Part shown: one piece after another, positions 31,965 through 42,533 of the stretch
Layout of the letters: each line of letters begins with the position of its first letter
How positions within the stretch are numbered: position 1 is the stretch's first letter
NCBI GenBank assembly: GCA_039190745.1
Contig: JBCCXZ010000001.1
Location: 32,001-96,000 of the forward strand
Source of the DNA: Planctomycetota bacterium
GTDB taxonomy: Bacteria > Planctomycetota > Planctomycetia > Pirellulales > Lacipirellulaceae
Length of the DNA stretch: 64,000 nucleotides
Reading direction: 5' to 3'
Made by a program: the position numbers and the translations under genes
The notes under the pieces: model-generated
The model's input: the letters and a program-made list of their open reading frames with translations, nothing else
Databases searched by the model: none
What the model was told of the DNA's origin: nothing

Positions 31965-33188
31965 ATGTCCAAGGCCGAGAGTACGGCTCCACCAGGAGCC
32001 CCGCCAACGCGAACCTCTCCGCTGAACCAAGACGCTGCCGCCAGGACAATGACCGAAGACAAGAATCAGCCTGGCATCACCTTCGCCGGGGCTTTGCCGC
32101 CCCCGGTGACCGGCAAGACCGTATTCTCTGCCGCAGTGGTCGATGCATTGGCAGAACGCCTACCCGTCCAGCGGCTAACGTGGTCGCGTGAAAAGGCCTT
32201 CTCCTCGCTGCGCTGGCGGCTGACTCGGACGCGGGGGGTGTTGTCTGCGATGCTTACTCTGCTGCTCGGCGGCCGACGTTCGGGCAGACTGCTGATGCAG
32301 CCCGTGAACTCGGGTTGGGGGCTCCTCTTTAACTTGGCTCTCGCCGCCGTGGGTAAACTGCTGGGCTATCGATTGGTCTTGCACCACCACGGCTACAAGT
32401 ACATCGACCGACGCGATTGGCGTACCGCACTGCTCGAACGGCTTGTCGGCCCCCGGGACATCCACATCATGGCGTGCGACCGCATGATGGAGGAGTACAC
32501 GGCGTTGTACGCAACGGCAGCGCCGATGCAGAGGCTGCCGCCAACCCTGGTGACCATGGAGGAAGGCTCGCATCAGGCGCCTGCGGCCGAGAGCGGCGGC
32601 TTGGCCGCGATTTGCCCGCCGCCCAACGAGTTCACCGTGGGGTTCTTGAGCAACCTGACGCTCGAGAAGGGGATTGCAGAGGTCCTGGAAACGTTCGGCC
32701 GGGTTGCCAAGAAACTCGACCACGTCAGGATGGTTGTCGCTGGGCCTTGCCGGGGCGAGTTAGAGCAAGCCCTGCTCGACCGCGTCTTGGAAGACTATCC
32801 GGAACAAGTAGAGTACATTGGGCCGGTCTACGGAGAGGACAAAGCCGAATTCTTCCAGAGAATCAGCGTGTTCCTCTTCCCCACCAAGAGCGAGTCGTGG
32901 GGGATCGTGCTCAACGAGTCGATGGGGGCCGGCAGGCCGGTGATCGCCTCAGCGAGGGGCTGTATCTGCTCGATGGTTGTGGGCGACGTTGGCGTAGTCG
33001 TTGCTCCGGAAGCCGATTTCGCCGAAGCCGCCGCGGAACAGATCGAGCGTTGGGTGGCAGACCCCTCGACACACGAGTCGGCTTGCCGGGCCGCGTCCGC
33101 CCGCGCGCGGGACCTTGAGGCGGATGCCATCGAGTGCTTGGAGTCGTTTCTAGATACTATGGAACAAGAGGCGGCCCAAAGGCCGTAA
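31965..33188 (+). CDS. Glycosyltransferase family 4 (start may be 32049)
   Basis: FLSNLTLEKG, FPTKSESWGIVLNESMGAGRPVI (ExxGxxxxE). Confidence 0.88.
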   Translation: MSKAESTAPPGAPPTRTSPLNQDAAARTMTEDKNQPGITFAGALPPPVTGKTVFSAAVVDALAERLPVQRLTWSREKAFSSLRWRLTRTRGVLSAMLTLLLGGRRSGRLLMQPVNSGWGLLFNLALAAVGKLLGYRLVLHHHGYKYIDRRDWRTALLERLVGPRDIHIMACDRMMEEYTALYATAAPMQRLPPTLVTMEEGSHQAPAAESGGLAAICPPPNEFTVGFLSNLTLEKGIAEVLETFGRVAKKLDHVRMVVAGPCRGELEQALLDRVLEDYPEQVEYIGPVYGEDKAEFFQRISVFLFPTKSESWGIVLNESMGAGRPVIASARGCICSMVVGDVGVVVAPEADFAEAAAEQIERWVADPSTHESACRAASARARDLEADAIECLESFLDTMEQEAAQRP

Positions 33189-33233
33189 CGAGTCCGCTCG
33201 TGCGGACGTATCTCGAAAACAATACGAATCAAG

Positions 33234-34112
33234 ATGCTCACCGCAGGACTGCACCACAAGAACGGCTTCATTAGAAAGGGGAGCGCATTTGCGCTCCAGT
33301 TCCCCAAGGCGGTTGCGAGGTTCGCTGTCGACGCCAAGGCGTTGCAGCAGAGGCCCCCCGTTCTGGCTAACTCGTTCCCCAAGAGCGGCACGCACTTGCT
33401 CGACCAGATTGTCGACGGACTGCCGGGGATCAGAAACTACGGCGCCTTCCTCTCCTCGATGACAAGTTCGTTCCGCTTCACCGAGCGGAGCGACGCAGAG
33501 GTGCACGCCTTTATCGAAAGGTTTGTGCCCTCGGAGATGATCCGCGGCCACTTGTTTTACGGCCCGGAGGCCGCGGAGTGGCTCAGCAAACGCCACACCG
33601 TTCACTACTTTATCTACCGAGACCCGCGAGACGTGGTCCTCTCAGAAACGCACTACCTACGGTCTCTCAACCGGTGGCACAAGATGCACCCGTACTTCCG
33701 AGACGCTCCCTCGATGGACGCGGCGATCAGTCTATCGATCCTCGGGCTGCAAGGCAGTGTGACCGGGCTGAACTACCAGAATGCCAACGACCGCTTCCAA
33801 CGTTACGCGGGTTGGATCGACCGCAACGATGTTTGTGCGCTGAAGTTCGAAGACTTGACTTCGGAGAGACGGGAGCAGGAGGTCCGACGCATGCTCGACT
33901 TCTACAACGAACGGGCGGGCGACCCAGTAGAGATCCAGAGCGTACTGCCGAGAATGCTAGATGGGATGCGGCCGGAGAAATCTCACACGTACCGCAAAGG
34001 CAAATCAGGTGGCTGGCGTGAGAAATTCTCCGAGGAGCACAAGGTGCAGTTCAAAGAGGTAGCAGGCCAGACGTTAATCGACCTCGGGTATGAGAGCGAC
34101 CTTGAGTGGTGA
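33234..34112 (+). CDS. PAPS-dependent sulfotransferase
   Basis: 5'-PSB SFPKSGTHLL, 3'-PB YRDPRDVVLS, C-terminal RKGKSGGW. Confidence 0.9.
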   Translation: MLTAGLHHKNGFIRKGSAFALQFPKAVARFAVDAKALQQRPPVLANSFPKSGTHLLDQIVDGLPGIRNYGAFLSSMTSSFRFTERSDAEVHAFIERFVPSEMIRGHLFYGPEAAEWLSKRHTVHYFIYRDPRDVVLSETHYLRSLNRWHKMHPYFRDAPSMDAAISLSILGLQGSVTGLNYQNANDRFQRYAGWIDRNDVCALKFEDLTSERREQEVRRMLDFYNERAGDPVEIQSVLPRMLDGMRPEKSHTYRKGKSGGWREKFSEEHKVQFKEVAGQTLIDLGYESDLEW

Positions 34113-34381
34113 TCTGGCTCGTTTTCCCCGCCGGCGTCGAGCAGCTCTTGCGGGGCTGCCGCGATCCTAGTTGGGGGCCTCCAGCCCAGCTGCCGAGATA
34201 GAGCATCCAGGCTGAACGATCCCACGAACAGACTAGGCACTAGACCAAGGCCGCCGAGCAAGCGATGATTCTTCCGCCAAGAGTGTCGGGCTCTTGGCAG
34301 AACATGTTGGCCTGCCCACCCAGCGTCCGCGGGGTCACCGCGACCTTCGTTTGAGTACCCCGCCAGCGCCGGAGCGGCCGA

Positions 34382-35809
34382 ATGCTGTTCAACAGCCTCC
34401 CCTTCCTGGTCTTCCTGCCGGTCTTCTGTGCACTCTATTTCGGCACTAGCGGCCGACTGCGGTTGCTGGTCTGCCTGGCGGGGAGCTACTTCTTCTACGG
34501 TTGCTGGGACCCGCGATTCCTCTCGCTGATCGTCCTGTCGACGGTCGTCGACTACTCGATCGGAATCGCGCTGCAGTCGACCGAAGCCGAGTCTCGTCGC
34601 AAGGCCCTGCTAATGCTCAGCCTGACGGTCAACCTCGGGCTGCTGGCAATCTTTAAGTACTTCGGCTTCTTCGTCGAATCGTTCGTTGCCATGGCGTCCG
34701 CAGTCGGTTGGCAAGTGTCGGGCCCTACCGTCGAGATACTCCTTCCCGTAGGGATCTCGTTCTACACGTTCCAGACGCTTAGCTACTCGATCGATGTTTA
34801 CCACCGAAAGATCCCAGTTGAGCGCGACGGGCTCGTGTTCGCGACGTTCGTGGCGTTCTTCCCCCAACTCGTTGCGGGGCCGATTGTCCGTGCGAGCACG
34901 CTCCTGCCGCAGCTGCATATCGATCAGCCCTTCCGGTGGAGCGCACTCGTTAGCGGCGGTCAGCTCATGATCCTTGGGCTGTTCAAGAAGATCGTGATCG
35001 CCGACGCCGCGGCCCCAATCGTCGACGTGATCTTTGCCAACCCCGAGAACCACACCTCGCTGACGCTGCTCGTGGGCGTCTACCTCTACGCCTTTCAGAT
35101 CTACTGCGACTTCTCCGGGTACTCAGACGTGGCGATCGGGGTTGGGCGGATCCTCGGGTTCGACTTCGGCTTGAACTTCCGCAGGCCGTACTTCGCGATC
35201 AGCTTCAGCGACTTCTGGACGCGGTGGCACGTTTCGCTCTCCAGCTGGCTGCGCGACTATCTTTACATCCCTCTGGGAGGCAACCGTCACGGCACGTTCA
35301 ACACCTACCGGAACCTCACACTGACGATGTTGCTCGGCGGCTTGTGGCACGGGGCCGCTTGGACGTTCGTAGTCTGGGGGTCGCTGCACGGCGTCTACCT
35401 TGTCATCCAGCGTCTTTTCGGTGCTGGTTTGAACGAAGCGGCTCGTCGGCTCCGGGTCCCGGCATTGATCCAACGGGTCGTCATGATGCTCCTGGTCTTC
35501 CATCTCGTGTGCTTCGCATGGGTTTTTTTCCGGGCACAGAGCTTCGAGCAGGCGTCGGCCTATCTCTCCGGCATAGCGGCCGTGGATTCGTTCAATCCGA
35601 TGCTGCTGCCGTCGCTGCCCATGACGGCCCGTTTGGTTCTGTTGATCCTGGCCATGATTGTCGTCGAAGCGTTGCACGAGCGGTTCGACCTGGGCGAGCG
35701 GATCAGCCGTTTCCCCGCAGTCCAAATGCTTTGCTACGCATCGCTGATCTGGGGAATCGCCCTGCTCGGCAACTTTACCGGGCAGAATTTCATCTACTTC
35801 CAGTTCTGA
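34382..35809 (+). CDS. MBOAT family O-acyltransferase (AlgI/DltB-like)
   Basis: LPVGISFYTFQ, FPQLVAGPI, DFSGYSD, FWTRWHVSLSSWLRDYLYIPLGG, GLWHGA. Confidence 0.94.
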   Translation: MLFNSLPFLVFLPVFCALYFGTSGRLRLLVCLAGSYFFYGCWDPRFLSLIVLSTVVDYSIGIALQSTEAESRRKALLMLSLTVNLGLLAIFKYFGFFVESFVAMASAVGWQVSGPTVEILLPVGISFYTFQTLSYSIDVYHRKIPVERDGLVFATFVAFFPQLVAGPIVRASTLLPQLHIDQPFRWSALVSGGQLMILGLFKKIVIADAAAPIVDVIFANPENHTSLTLLVGVYLYAFQIYCDFSGYSDVAIGVGRILGFDFGLNFRRPYFAISFSDFWTRWHVSLSSWLRDYLYIPLGGNRHGTFNTYRNLTLTMLLGGLWHGAAWTFVVWGSLHGVYLVIQRLFGAGLNEAARRLRVPALIQRVVMMLLVFHLVCFAWVFFRAQSFEQASAYLSGIAAVDSFNPMLLPSLPMTARLVLLILAMIVVEALHERFDLGERISRFPAVQMLCYASLIWGIALLGNFTGQNFIYFQF

Positions 35810-35831
35810 GCAGGCATAAACCCTCAAAACC

Positions 35832-36740
35832 ATGAACCCTCAAACAACGAAGCGCCTGATCGCGGTGGCGGTGTTTGTGCTGTTGCTGTTCGTCGGCGAC
35901 CGCGGGCTCTCGGCTTTGCTCTCTCGCGCTGAGATTGCTTCGGGGTTCCGCTACTCCCGCATGTACCGAGGCGGCAACGATTTCGATGTCTTGATCCTGG
36001 GCAACAGCCGCTCGATCCACTCGATGCACGCCCCGACGATCAGCGAGAAGACTGGCAAGCGGGCGTTCCACCTCGGGTTTAACGGCCTGCCGATGGTGAT
36101 GAGCGGGGTCTGGCTCGCCGACTACCTCGAGCATAACGACCCGCCCGAGACCGTGCTCCTTGAAGTGAGCAGCCTCGGCACCGAGTCGGTCGACGCGGTG
36201 CGTAAGTTCAGCTTTTACCAGGCCAGCTCGAGTCTGCTCGCCCCGTTGCTGAAGGAGTCTTCTGCTGAGGACTACTGGGCGACGAGGGTCTCGCACTTGT
36301 ATCGGCACAACGGTGATGCTGTGGTGCGGTGCTTGTACTTTCTTGGCAGGAGCGACCAAGCCCGCGCGTTCCCGTCGTCGCAAGTGGGTAGTGAAGCGAT
36401 GCTTCGTTCGCCGCTGGGTGCGGACTACTCGGGTTTCGTTATCCGTGAAGGTGACAACCTGCCGGCGCTCAAGCGGGTGGTTCAACTCTGTCGGGAGAAC
36501 GGCATCGAGCTTCGGTTGATGCTGGCTCCACTCAGCCCGCAAGCGATCGACACCCCGGAGGTGCGGGATGCGTTCTTGGAGCGGGTTGCTGACGAGACGG
36601 GGCAGCCGGTACTGGACTTCTCAGAGGCGGTTACCGACCTCTCGGCGTTCCGGGACCGGGTCCATATGAACAAGAAGGGTCTCGAGCTGTTCGCTGACGT
36701 ACTGATCAGCCGCGGCATTCTGCCTGCGTCGGGCTCGTGA
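35832..36740 (+). CDS. SGNH-like periplasmic acyl-transfer partner (AlgJ/DltD-like)
   Basis: N-terminal anchor, LILGNSRS block I, DRVHMN (DxxH). Follows the MBOAT gene. Confidence 0.75.
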   Translation: MNPQTTKRLIAVAVFVLLLFVGDRGLSALLSRAEIASGFRYSRMYRGGNDFDVLILGNSRSIHSMHAPTISEKTGKRAFHLGFNGLPMVMSGVWLADYLEHNDPPETVLLEVSSLGTESVDAVRKFSFYQASSSLLAPLLKESSAEDYWATRVSHLYRHNGDAVVRCLYFLGRSDQARAFPSSQVGSEAMLRSPLGADYSGFVIREGDNLPALKRVVQLCRENGIELRLMLAPLSPQAIDTPEVRDAFLERVADETGQPVLDFSEAVTDLSAFRDRVHMNKKGLELFADVLISRGILPASGS

Positions 36741-36742
36741 CG

Positions 36743-37240
36743 CTACACGCTTAGCGGCTCGGGCCGGGCGGCGAAGATTTCGGCCATCACCCGCTGGCGG
36801 TACTCGAAGATATTCTTCACGTCCTTCTCGACGAGCAACGCGTTGATGATCGCCCCTCCCGGAACGCCGTAGTGCACGTTGTCGATCACCCGGGTTCCAT
36901 CGTCGACTTCTTCGAACAGGTGCTCGTGGTGCCACCAGCTGTAGGGGCCTTTGAGCTGCTCGTCGACGAAGCGGCGGTTGGGCTCCCATGCGGAGATGAG
37001 CGAACGCCAGCGGATAGGTATGCCACGCAGCTTGAGCTTGTAGTCGAGCGTGAGCCCCTCGCGCATCTCGATCGGCTTGGGGGTGAGAACGCTGAAGTGG
37101 AGAATCGGCGGGGTGATCCGCTCAAGCTCGTATGCGTCAGCGAAGAACGGGAAGACCTCGTCGATCGGACGGGGAACGACGAAGTCAGCCTTCAGCAGCC
37201 AGCCTTTGCGGGTGGTCGCTCGTTCTACGGTTACGCTCAT
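36743..37240 (-). CDS. SRPBCC family protein
   Basis: VFPFF..LERITPP, FVDEQLKGPY..WHHEH motifs. Confidence 0.88.
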   Translation of the reverse strand: MSVTVERATTRKGWLLKADFVVPRPIDEVFPFFADAYELERITPPILHFSVLTPKPIEMREGLTLDYKLKLRGIPIRWRSLISAWEPNRRFVDEQLKGPYSWWHHEHLFEEVDDGTRVIDNVHYGVPGGAIINALLVEKDVKNIFEYRQRVMAEIFAARPEPLSV

Positions 37241-37276
37241 CTTAGGCTCCGGGTTACGGTTCGGAGCAGGAACCGT

Positions 37277-37307
37277 CCCGGGCCGCCGGGGTTAACGGCG
37301 GCCCGGG
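37277..37307. terminator. Strong GC hairpin, probable terminator after the HMA gene
   Basis: Perfect 12-bp stem CCCGGGCCGCCG/CGGCGGCCCGGG with 7-nt loop. Weak U-tract. Confidence 0.55.
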
Positions 37308-37337
37308 TTTGAGGCTGTGAAATCAGAGGTATGCGGG

Positions 37338-37778
37338 TTAAGCGGCCTGTTTGGCGGGCTCGGCTTTGACCGGCGCCTTGGTCTCGGTGTCGGGGACGTA
37401 GACGCCGGCGGGGCCGACGAGCCTCAGCGGCTGGAAGCCCGCGTCCTGCGAGGCCTTCCACAGCTTCTCGATGTCCAGCTGCTTGCTCTTCTGCGGCGTC
37501 ACGATGGCGTAGTCTTTCTTCACGTGGGTGCGGACCTTGGCGACGCTCTTCACTGCGTAGAGCTTGCCGGAGATCTTCTTCGCGCAGGTCTTGCAGTGGA
37601 GGTCGTCGACGAAGAGGACCGTCTCGGTCTTGGCCATCTTGAGGCCCTTCTCGGGCGTCTTGTTCACCAAGGAGGTCAGTTCGGATGCTTCCTTGTCGGA
37701 GCCGTGCTTGTCTTCCGCGTTGGCGGGAGTCAGCAGGAGGGCGGAGAGGAGGAAGGCCGTGGGGATGATTCTAAGCAT
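37338..37778 (-). CDS. Secreted heavy-metal-associated (HMA) domain protein
   Basis: Signal peptide (..TPANA), DDLHCKTCAKKI CxxC motif, ferredoxin-like pattern ending AGF. Confidence 0.8.
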   Translation of the reverse strand: MLRIIPTAFLLSALLLTPANAEDKHGSDKEASELTSLVNKTPEKGLKMAKTETVLFVDDLHCKTCAKKISGKLYAVKSVAKVRTHVKKDYAIVTPQKSKQLDIEKLWKASQDAGFQPLRLVGPAGVYVPDTETKAPVKAEPAKQAA

Positions 37779-37846
37779 GGGGGGGACTCCTGTTCCCGGT
37801 TGGGTTGTGGTTTGCTTGAGTGGGTGTGTGTGGTTTAGCTGATTAG

Positions 37847-38515
37847 TTAGCGGCGGATGTAGATGCCATCGGCTTCGACGACGAGCATGCCGGTTTCGGC
37901 GTCGCCGGTGAAGCTGGCCTCACCCCGGACGACAACGGTGTCGAGCGGCTTGAGGTCGAGCAGGTCGGTCGCTTCGATGGTGATTGGTTTGCCGTCTTGC
38001 TTGAACCGGATCATGGCGAGCATGGCGGAGTTGTCGCCGGCGTGGGCGGCGCAGAAGGGGCATTCCTCGCCGGGGGCGTGGACGTGGCCGGAGGCTTCGT
38101 TCTCGGCGACTGCGCCGGCGTCGGCGAGGAAGAAGGCGGCCTCGCCGGGGACGAAGGGGTATTCGGGGCGGGTTTCTTGCCAAGGGTTGGTCAGCCCGCC
38201 GACGCGGCCGACGATGACGACCGGGCCCTCGGGCGTCGTGGGTGAGGCTGGTTCGTCTGCGGAGGGTTGTTCGGTGGATTCGGAGGTCTCGGTGACTTCG
38301 ACGGCGCCGGCCTCGGGCTCACTGGAAGTACCGGTGAAGGCTTCGCGGAGCTCGATGACGGTGAGGATTCCGTCGGGTTCGTCGTCCATCATCAGCCGCT
38401 GGCGGTGCTGGGCGACGACTTCGGGGTCGGGGCCCTTTTGGCATCCGGCGGCCGCGGCGAGCAGCATTGCGAGGGCCGCGATGCAAGTGGCTGTTGTCGT
38501 TGGGTTTCGGGACAC
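37847..38515 (-). CDS. Hypothetical lipoprotein with His/Cys cluster (start uncertain)
   Basis: Lipobox AAAGC, acidic linker, HVHAPGEECPFCAAH. Confidence 0.7.
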   Translation of the reverse strand: MSRNPTTTATCIAALAMLLAAAAGCQKGPDPEVVAQHRQRLMMDDEPDGILTVIELREAFTGTSSEPEAGAVEVTETSESTEQPSADEPASPTTPEGPVVIVGRVGGLTNPWQETRPEYPFVPGEAAFFLADAGAVAENEASGHVHAPGEECPFCAAHAGDNSAMLAMIRFKQDGKPITIEATDLLDLKPLDTVVVRGEASFTGDAETGMLVVEADGIYIRR

Positions 38516-38917
38516 GTCTTGCGCTCCGCTACCTGGTGGAATGAATGGTTTTGGCGGGGTCGCGGAGCCTAGCAGCTCGCGCAAATTTTCGGTATGTCGT
38601 TGTACGAACGTGGTTTGAGGTCGGTTCGGTTTAGGCCCCTCAGGGCGAACTCGAGGCGATACGCCAGGAGTGAGTGGGGGCGAGAGGTGGAGGTGGGAGA
38701 AAGGGCTTGTTTTGTAGGGGGTGGCGATCACTGGGTGGCGGGCCCGGGCGGCGGGGTTGTGTCCTGGATCGGGTGGTTGTGGAGACGGAAGCGGTTGCTA
38801 GCTGCGGGTGGATGAGGGATGCACAGCGGCCAGCCTTGTGTGTACCAAATGGGGTGGCCAATCGCAGTAGGCAAAACGGGCGAAGGGCTGCAACGGTAGA
38901 AGCGGTTTGCTTGGCTT

Positions 38918-38942
38918 CCAGACGGGCGTAGCCCGGCGGCTA
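38918..38942. repeat. REP-like hairpin repeat, copy 1
   Basis: CCAGACGGGCGTAGCCCGGCGGCTA, 24/25 identical to 43706-43730. Confidence 0.7.
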
Positions 38943-39000
38943 GTTGCCGGGTACTAGGCTTGGCGTCGACCGCCTATTCATGCCGGGGGCAGCGGCTAAG

Positions 39001-40254
39001 ATGGCAGCCCTCCGACCCGGACTGAGCAAACCCTCCGCAACAGACCCACAGGATCGAGCCCCTGCTTTGCGAATCTTGTTGCACGATTTCGGCGCGTACC
39101 CCTTCATCCTGCAGCTTGCGCACGAGTTGGCCCGGCGCGGGCACGAGGTGACGTTCGCCTACTCCGAGGACAAGGTGGGCCCCAATTCTCGGTTCGACCA
39201 AGGCGATCGATCGGCCGAACGGCTGGATATCCACGGGGTGCGGGTGCCGCCGAGCCGGAATAAGCAGACGCTGCCTTGGCGGTTTTTCTTCGAGTCGGCC
39301 TACGCCAAGCAGCTCGCCGGCCTGGTGCGGTCGCTCGAGCCGGAAGTGGTGATCTCGGCGAACTGCCCATCGCTGGTCTCGGGGGCCCTGGCGAAGCTGC
39401 GCCGCAAGGGGGGCTTCCGCTTCATCGATTGGCGACAGGACCTTTACGGCTTGGCCGCGAAGCTGATCCTTGCCGAGAAGCTCGGCCCGTTGGGCTCGGC
39501 GGTCGGCAACTACCTGATGCGCCTGGACCGCGACGCGTTCCGGGCGGCGGACCACGTGGTCGCCATCTCCGACGATTTTATCCCGATGTTGATCGAAGCG
39601 GGGGTCGACCGGGGCGACATCACGGTGGTGCACAACTGGGCCCCGTTGGAGGAGTGCGACGTGCAGCCTCGCGACAACGACTGGTCGCGGGGGCGGCAGT
39701 TGTCTGAGGGGCCGCGTTTCGTTTACTCAGGGACGCTGGCGATGAAGCACAACCCGGCCATCCTGCTGGGGTTGGCGGAGTGGCTGGACCGGCAGGGGAA
39801 CGGTCAGCTGGTGGTGGTGTCTGAGGGGAGCGGCTCGGACTGGCTGCGGCAGCAGGCGGAGGAGCGGGGCGTGCGGAGCCTGAAGCTGCTGGGGTTCCAG
39901 CCCTACGAAGAGCTGCCCCTGGTGCTGGGGAGCGCGGACGTGCTGGTGGTGATCCTCGAGCCGGACGCGAGCGTGTTCTCGGTGCCCTCGAAGGTGTTGA
40001 GTTACATGTGCGCGGGTCGGCCGATCTTGGGGGCCGTCAACCGGGAGAATCTGGCGGCCAAGACCGTGCTGGGTTCGGACGCCGGTCGGGTGGTTTCTCC
40101 GGAAGATGAGGAGGGTTTTGTGGCCGCGGCGGGGGAGTTGTTGGAGTCGGAGGGCCTCCGCGAGCGGTTGGGGGCCAACGGCAGGCGTTTTGCCGAGTCC
40201 CACTTCGACCTTGGTAGAATCGCGGACCAGTTTGAGGCTATAATGGGGGGCTAA
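39001..40254 (+). CDS. Glycosyltransferase family 4, WcaI-like (start uncertain)
   Basis: DWRQDLY, VVHNW, YSGTLAMKH, SVPSKVLSYM..GRPIL. Directly upstream of gmd-fcl. Confidence 0.85.
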   Translation: MAALRPGLSKPSATDPQDRAPALRILLHDFGAYPFILQLAHELARRGHEVTFAYSEDKVGPNSRFDQGDRSAERLDIHGVRVPPSRNKQTLPWRFFFESAYAKQLAGLVRSLEPEVVISANCPSLVSGALAKLRRKGGFRFIDWRQDLYGLAAKLILAEKLGPLGSAVGNYLMRLDRDAFRAADHVVAISDDFIPMLIEAGVDRGDITVVHNWAPLEECDVQPRDNDWSRGRQLSEGPRFVYSGTLAMKHNPAILLGLAEWLDRQGNGQLVVVSEGSGSDWLRQQAEERGVRSLKLLGFQPYEELPLVLGSADVLVVILEPDASVFSVPSKVLSYMCAGRPILGAVNRENLAAKTVLGSDAGRVVSPEDEEGFVAAAGELLESEGLRERLGANGRRFAESHFDLGRIADQFEAIMGG

Positions 40255-40408
40255 CCTGAAAACGGCCTCCCCGGCCACTGCGTCGACCCCGACGGGTCCC
40301 TAGGGGCGAAATCGCCTCGGGGTGTTCGTCTGGCAGCGGGCCTCTCGGACACGTCGGTCCTGCCCCGAAGCGATCCTTCAGCACCACCGCCTGATCCCAA
40401 CAAACCCT

Positions 40409-41491
40409 ATGTCGAACAACCCCACGCGTCGCCGGGCCCTCATCACCGGAATCACAGGCCAAGACGGCTCCTACTTGGCGGAACTGCTGCTCAAGAAGGA
40501 CTACGAGGTCTGGGGCGTGATCCGCCGCTCGTCCAGTTTCAATACGGGGCGGATCGATCACGTTTACCAAGACCCGCACGAAGACAATGTCAGGCTGCAC
40601 CTGCGATATGGCGACCTGACGGACGCGTCCTCGATCAACTCGATCCTCAAGGCGGTCCGACCGGACGAGATTTACAACCTCGGCGCGCAGTCGCACGTGA
40701 AGGTTTCTTTCGACGTGCCGGAGTACACGGCGGAGGTGACCGGCCTGGGCGCCTTGCGGATGCTCGAAGCGATGCGGGACCTCGGGCTGGAGAATTCGCG
40801 GTTCTATCAGGCCTCTTCTTCGGAGCTGTACGGCAAGGTGGTCGAGACGCCACAGACCGAGGAGACGCCGTTCTACCCCCGGAGCCCGTACGCGGTTGCG
40901 AAGGCGTACGCCTTCCACATCACGCGCAACTACCGCGAGTCGTACGGCGTGTTCGCGGTCAACGGGATTCTGTTCAATCACGAGTCGCCGCGTCGGGGTG
41001 CCACATTCGTCACGCGCAAGATTACGCGGGCCGTGGCCGCCATCGCCGCGGGTAAGCAGGACTGCCTCCACTTGGGCAACCTCGACGCGAAACGCGACTG
41101 GGGTTTTGCGGGCGAGTACGTCGAGGCGATGTGGATGATGCTGCAGGTGGACGAGCCGCAGGACTACGTGGTTGCCACAGGGGAGACGCACACGGTTCGC
41201 GAATTTTGCGAGCTGGCGTTCGCCCGGGTGGGGATGCCGATCGAGTGGAAGGGCGAGGGCCTGGAGGAGACGGGCGTGGGCCCCGACGGGCGGACGCTGA
41301 TCCGGATCGACCCCCGCTACTTCCGGCCCGCCGAGGTCGACCTGCTGCTGGGCGACGCGAGCAAGGCGAAGCGGCTGCTCGGGTGGGAGCCGAAGGTTTC
41401 GTTCCGCGGTTTGGTGGAGCTGATGGTCGACGCCGATGTCGCCGCTCTGCAGGGGGCTCCCGACGGGGGCCTGCTGCCGGCGATGGCCTGA
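40409..41491 (+). CDS. gmd: GDP-mannose 4,6-dehydratase
   Basis: [55 protein letters not shown]. Confidence 0.98.
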   Translation: MSNNPTRRRALITGITGQDGSYLAELLLKKDYEVWGVIRRSSSFNTGRIDHVYQDPHEDNVRLHLRYGDLTDASSINSILKAVRPDEIYNLGAQSHVKVSFDVPEYTAEVTGLGALRMLEAMRDLGLENSRFYQASSSELYGKVVETPQTEETPFYPRSPYAVAKAYAFHITRNYRESYGVFAVNGILFNHESPRRGATFVTRKITRAVAAIAAGKQDCLHLGNLDAKRDWGFAGEYVEAMWMMLQVDEPQDYVVATGETHTVREFCELAFARVGMPIEWKGEGLEETGVGPDGRTLIRIDPRYFRPAEVDLLLGDASKAKRLLGWEPKVSFRGLVELMVDADVAALQGAPDGGLLPAMA

Positions 41492-41502
41492 GGGGGAGAG
41501 CG

Positions 41503-42468
41503 ATGAGCACAAGCCGCGCCGGAGAATCGGCAGGGGCTACCCTGGTGACCGGCCATCGGGGCATGGTCGGGTCGGGGCTGACGCGGCGTGCGGAGGCCGC
41601 GGGCGACGCGGTCCTCACGGCCACGCGGCAAGAGCTAGACCTCCGCGACCTCGAAGCGGTGGACCGGTGGTTCGGCGAGCACAAGCCGGCCCGGGTGATC
41701 CACGCGGCGGGGACGGTTGGCGGCATCCACGCGAACAATTCTCGGCCGGCCGACTTCCTGCACGACAACGCCCTGCTCTACCTGACGGTGTTGCGGGCGG
41801 CCTGGCGGCACGGCGTGGAGAAGCTTCTGTACCTCGGCAGCTCGTGCATCTACCCGAGGGACTGCCCGCAGCCGATCAAAGAAGAGTACCTGCTGACCGG
41901 CCCGCTGGAGCCGACCAACGACGCCTACGCGATCGCCAAGATCGGGGGCCTGGTGGCCTGCCGCTCGTACCGCCGCCAGCACGGCTGCCGGTTCGTTTCG
42001 GCCATGCCGACCAACCTCTACGGGCCGAACGACAACTTCAGCCTGGAAGGGTCGCACGTCTTGCCCGCGTTGATCCGCAAGTTTCACGACGCGAAGGTGG
42101 AAGACGCCCGCAAGGTGACCGTCTGGGGCTCTGGCAAGCCGCGGCGTGAGTTCTTGCACGTGGACGACCTGAGCGAGGCGTGCTGGGTGCTGCTGGAGCG
42201 TTACGACGACCCGATGACGATCAACGTGGGGACGGGCGAGGACGTTTCGATCGCGGAGCTGGCGGACACGGTCCGGTCGATTGTGTACCCGGAGGCGGAG
42301 ATCGTTTACGACGCCTCGAAGCCGGACGGGACGCCCCGCAAGCTGCTGGACGTGAGCCGGATCAACGACCTGGGGTGGAAGGCGAAGATCTCGCTGCCCG
42401 AGGGCATCCGCCAGACCTACGACTGGTTCCTGGAGCACCACGGCGAACTGGCGGCGGGGCGGGTGTAG
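41503..42468 (+). CDS. fcl: GDP-L-fucose synthase
   Basis: [56 protein letters not shown]. Confidence 0.96.
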   Translation: MSTSRAGESAGATLVTGHRGMVGSGLTRRAEAAGDAVLTATRQELDLRDLEAVDRWFGEHKPARVIHAAGTVGGIHANNSRPADFLHDNALLYLTVLRAAWRHGVEKLLYLGSSCIYPRDCPQPIKEEYLLTGPLEPTNDAYAIAKIGGLVACRSYRRQHGCRFVSAMPTNLYGPNDNFSLEGSHVLPALIRKFHDAKVEDARKVTVWGSGKPRREFLHVDDLSEACWVLLERYDDPMTINVGTGEDVSIAELADTVRSIVYPEAEIVYDASKPDGTPRKLLDVSRINDLGWKAKISLPEGIRQTYDWFLEHHGELAAGRV

Positions 42469-42508
42469 CGGGGCAGCGGCTTCTTTTTCCCACGTGTTTC
42501 TTGCGGCC

Positions 42509-42533
42509 TCAGCCGCGTGTCGCCCGGCGGCTA
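42509..42533. repeat. REP-like repeat, copy 2 (degenerate; supplies the stop codon of the PEP-CTERM gene)
   Basis: TCAGCCGCGTGTCGCCCGGCGGCTA, 21/25 identical to copy 3. Confidence 0.55.

Noticed and set aside
38516..39000. Possible riboswitch (GGCAAA...GAA, c-di-GMP-like) in the long intergenic region
   Set aside because: The required paired stems and the GCAAAG motif could not be built. An Rfam scan would be needed.
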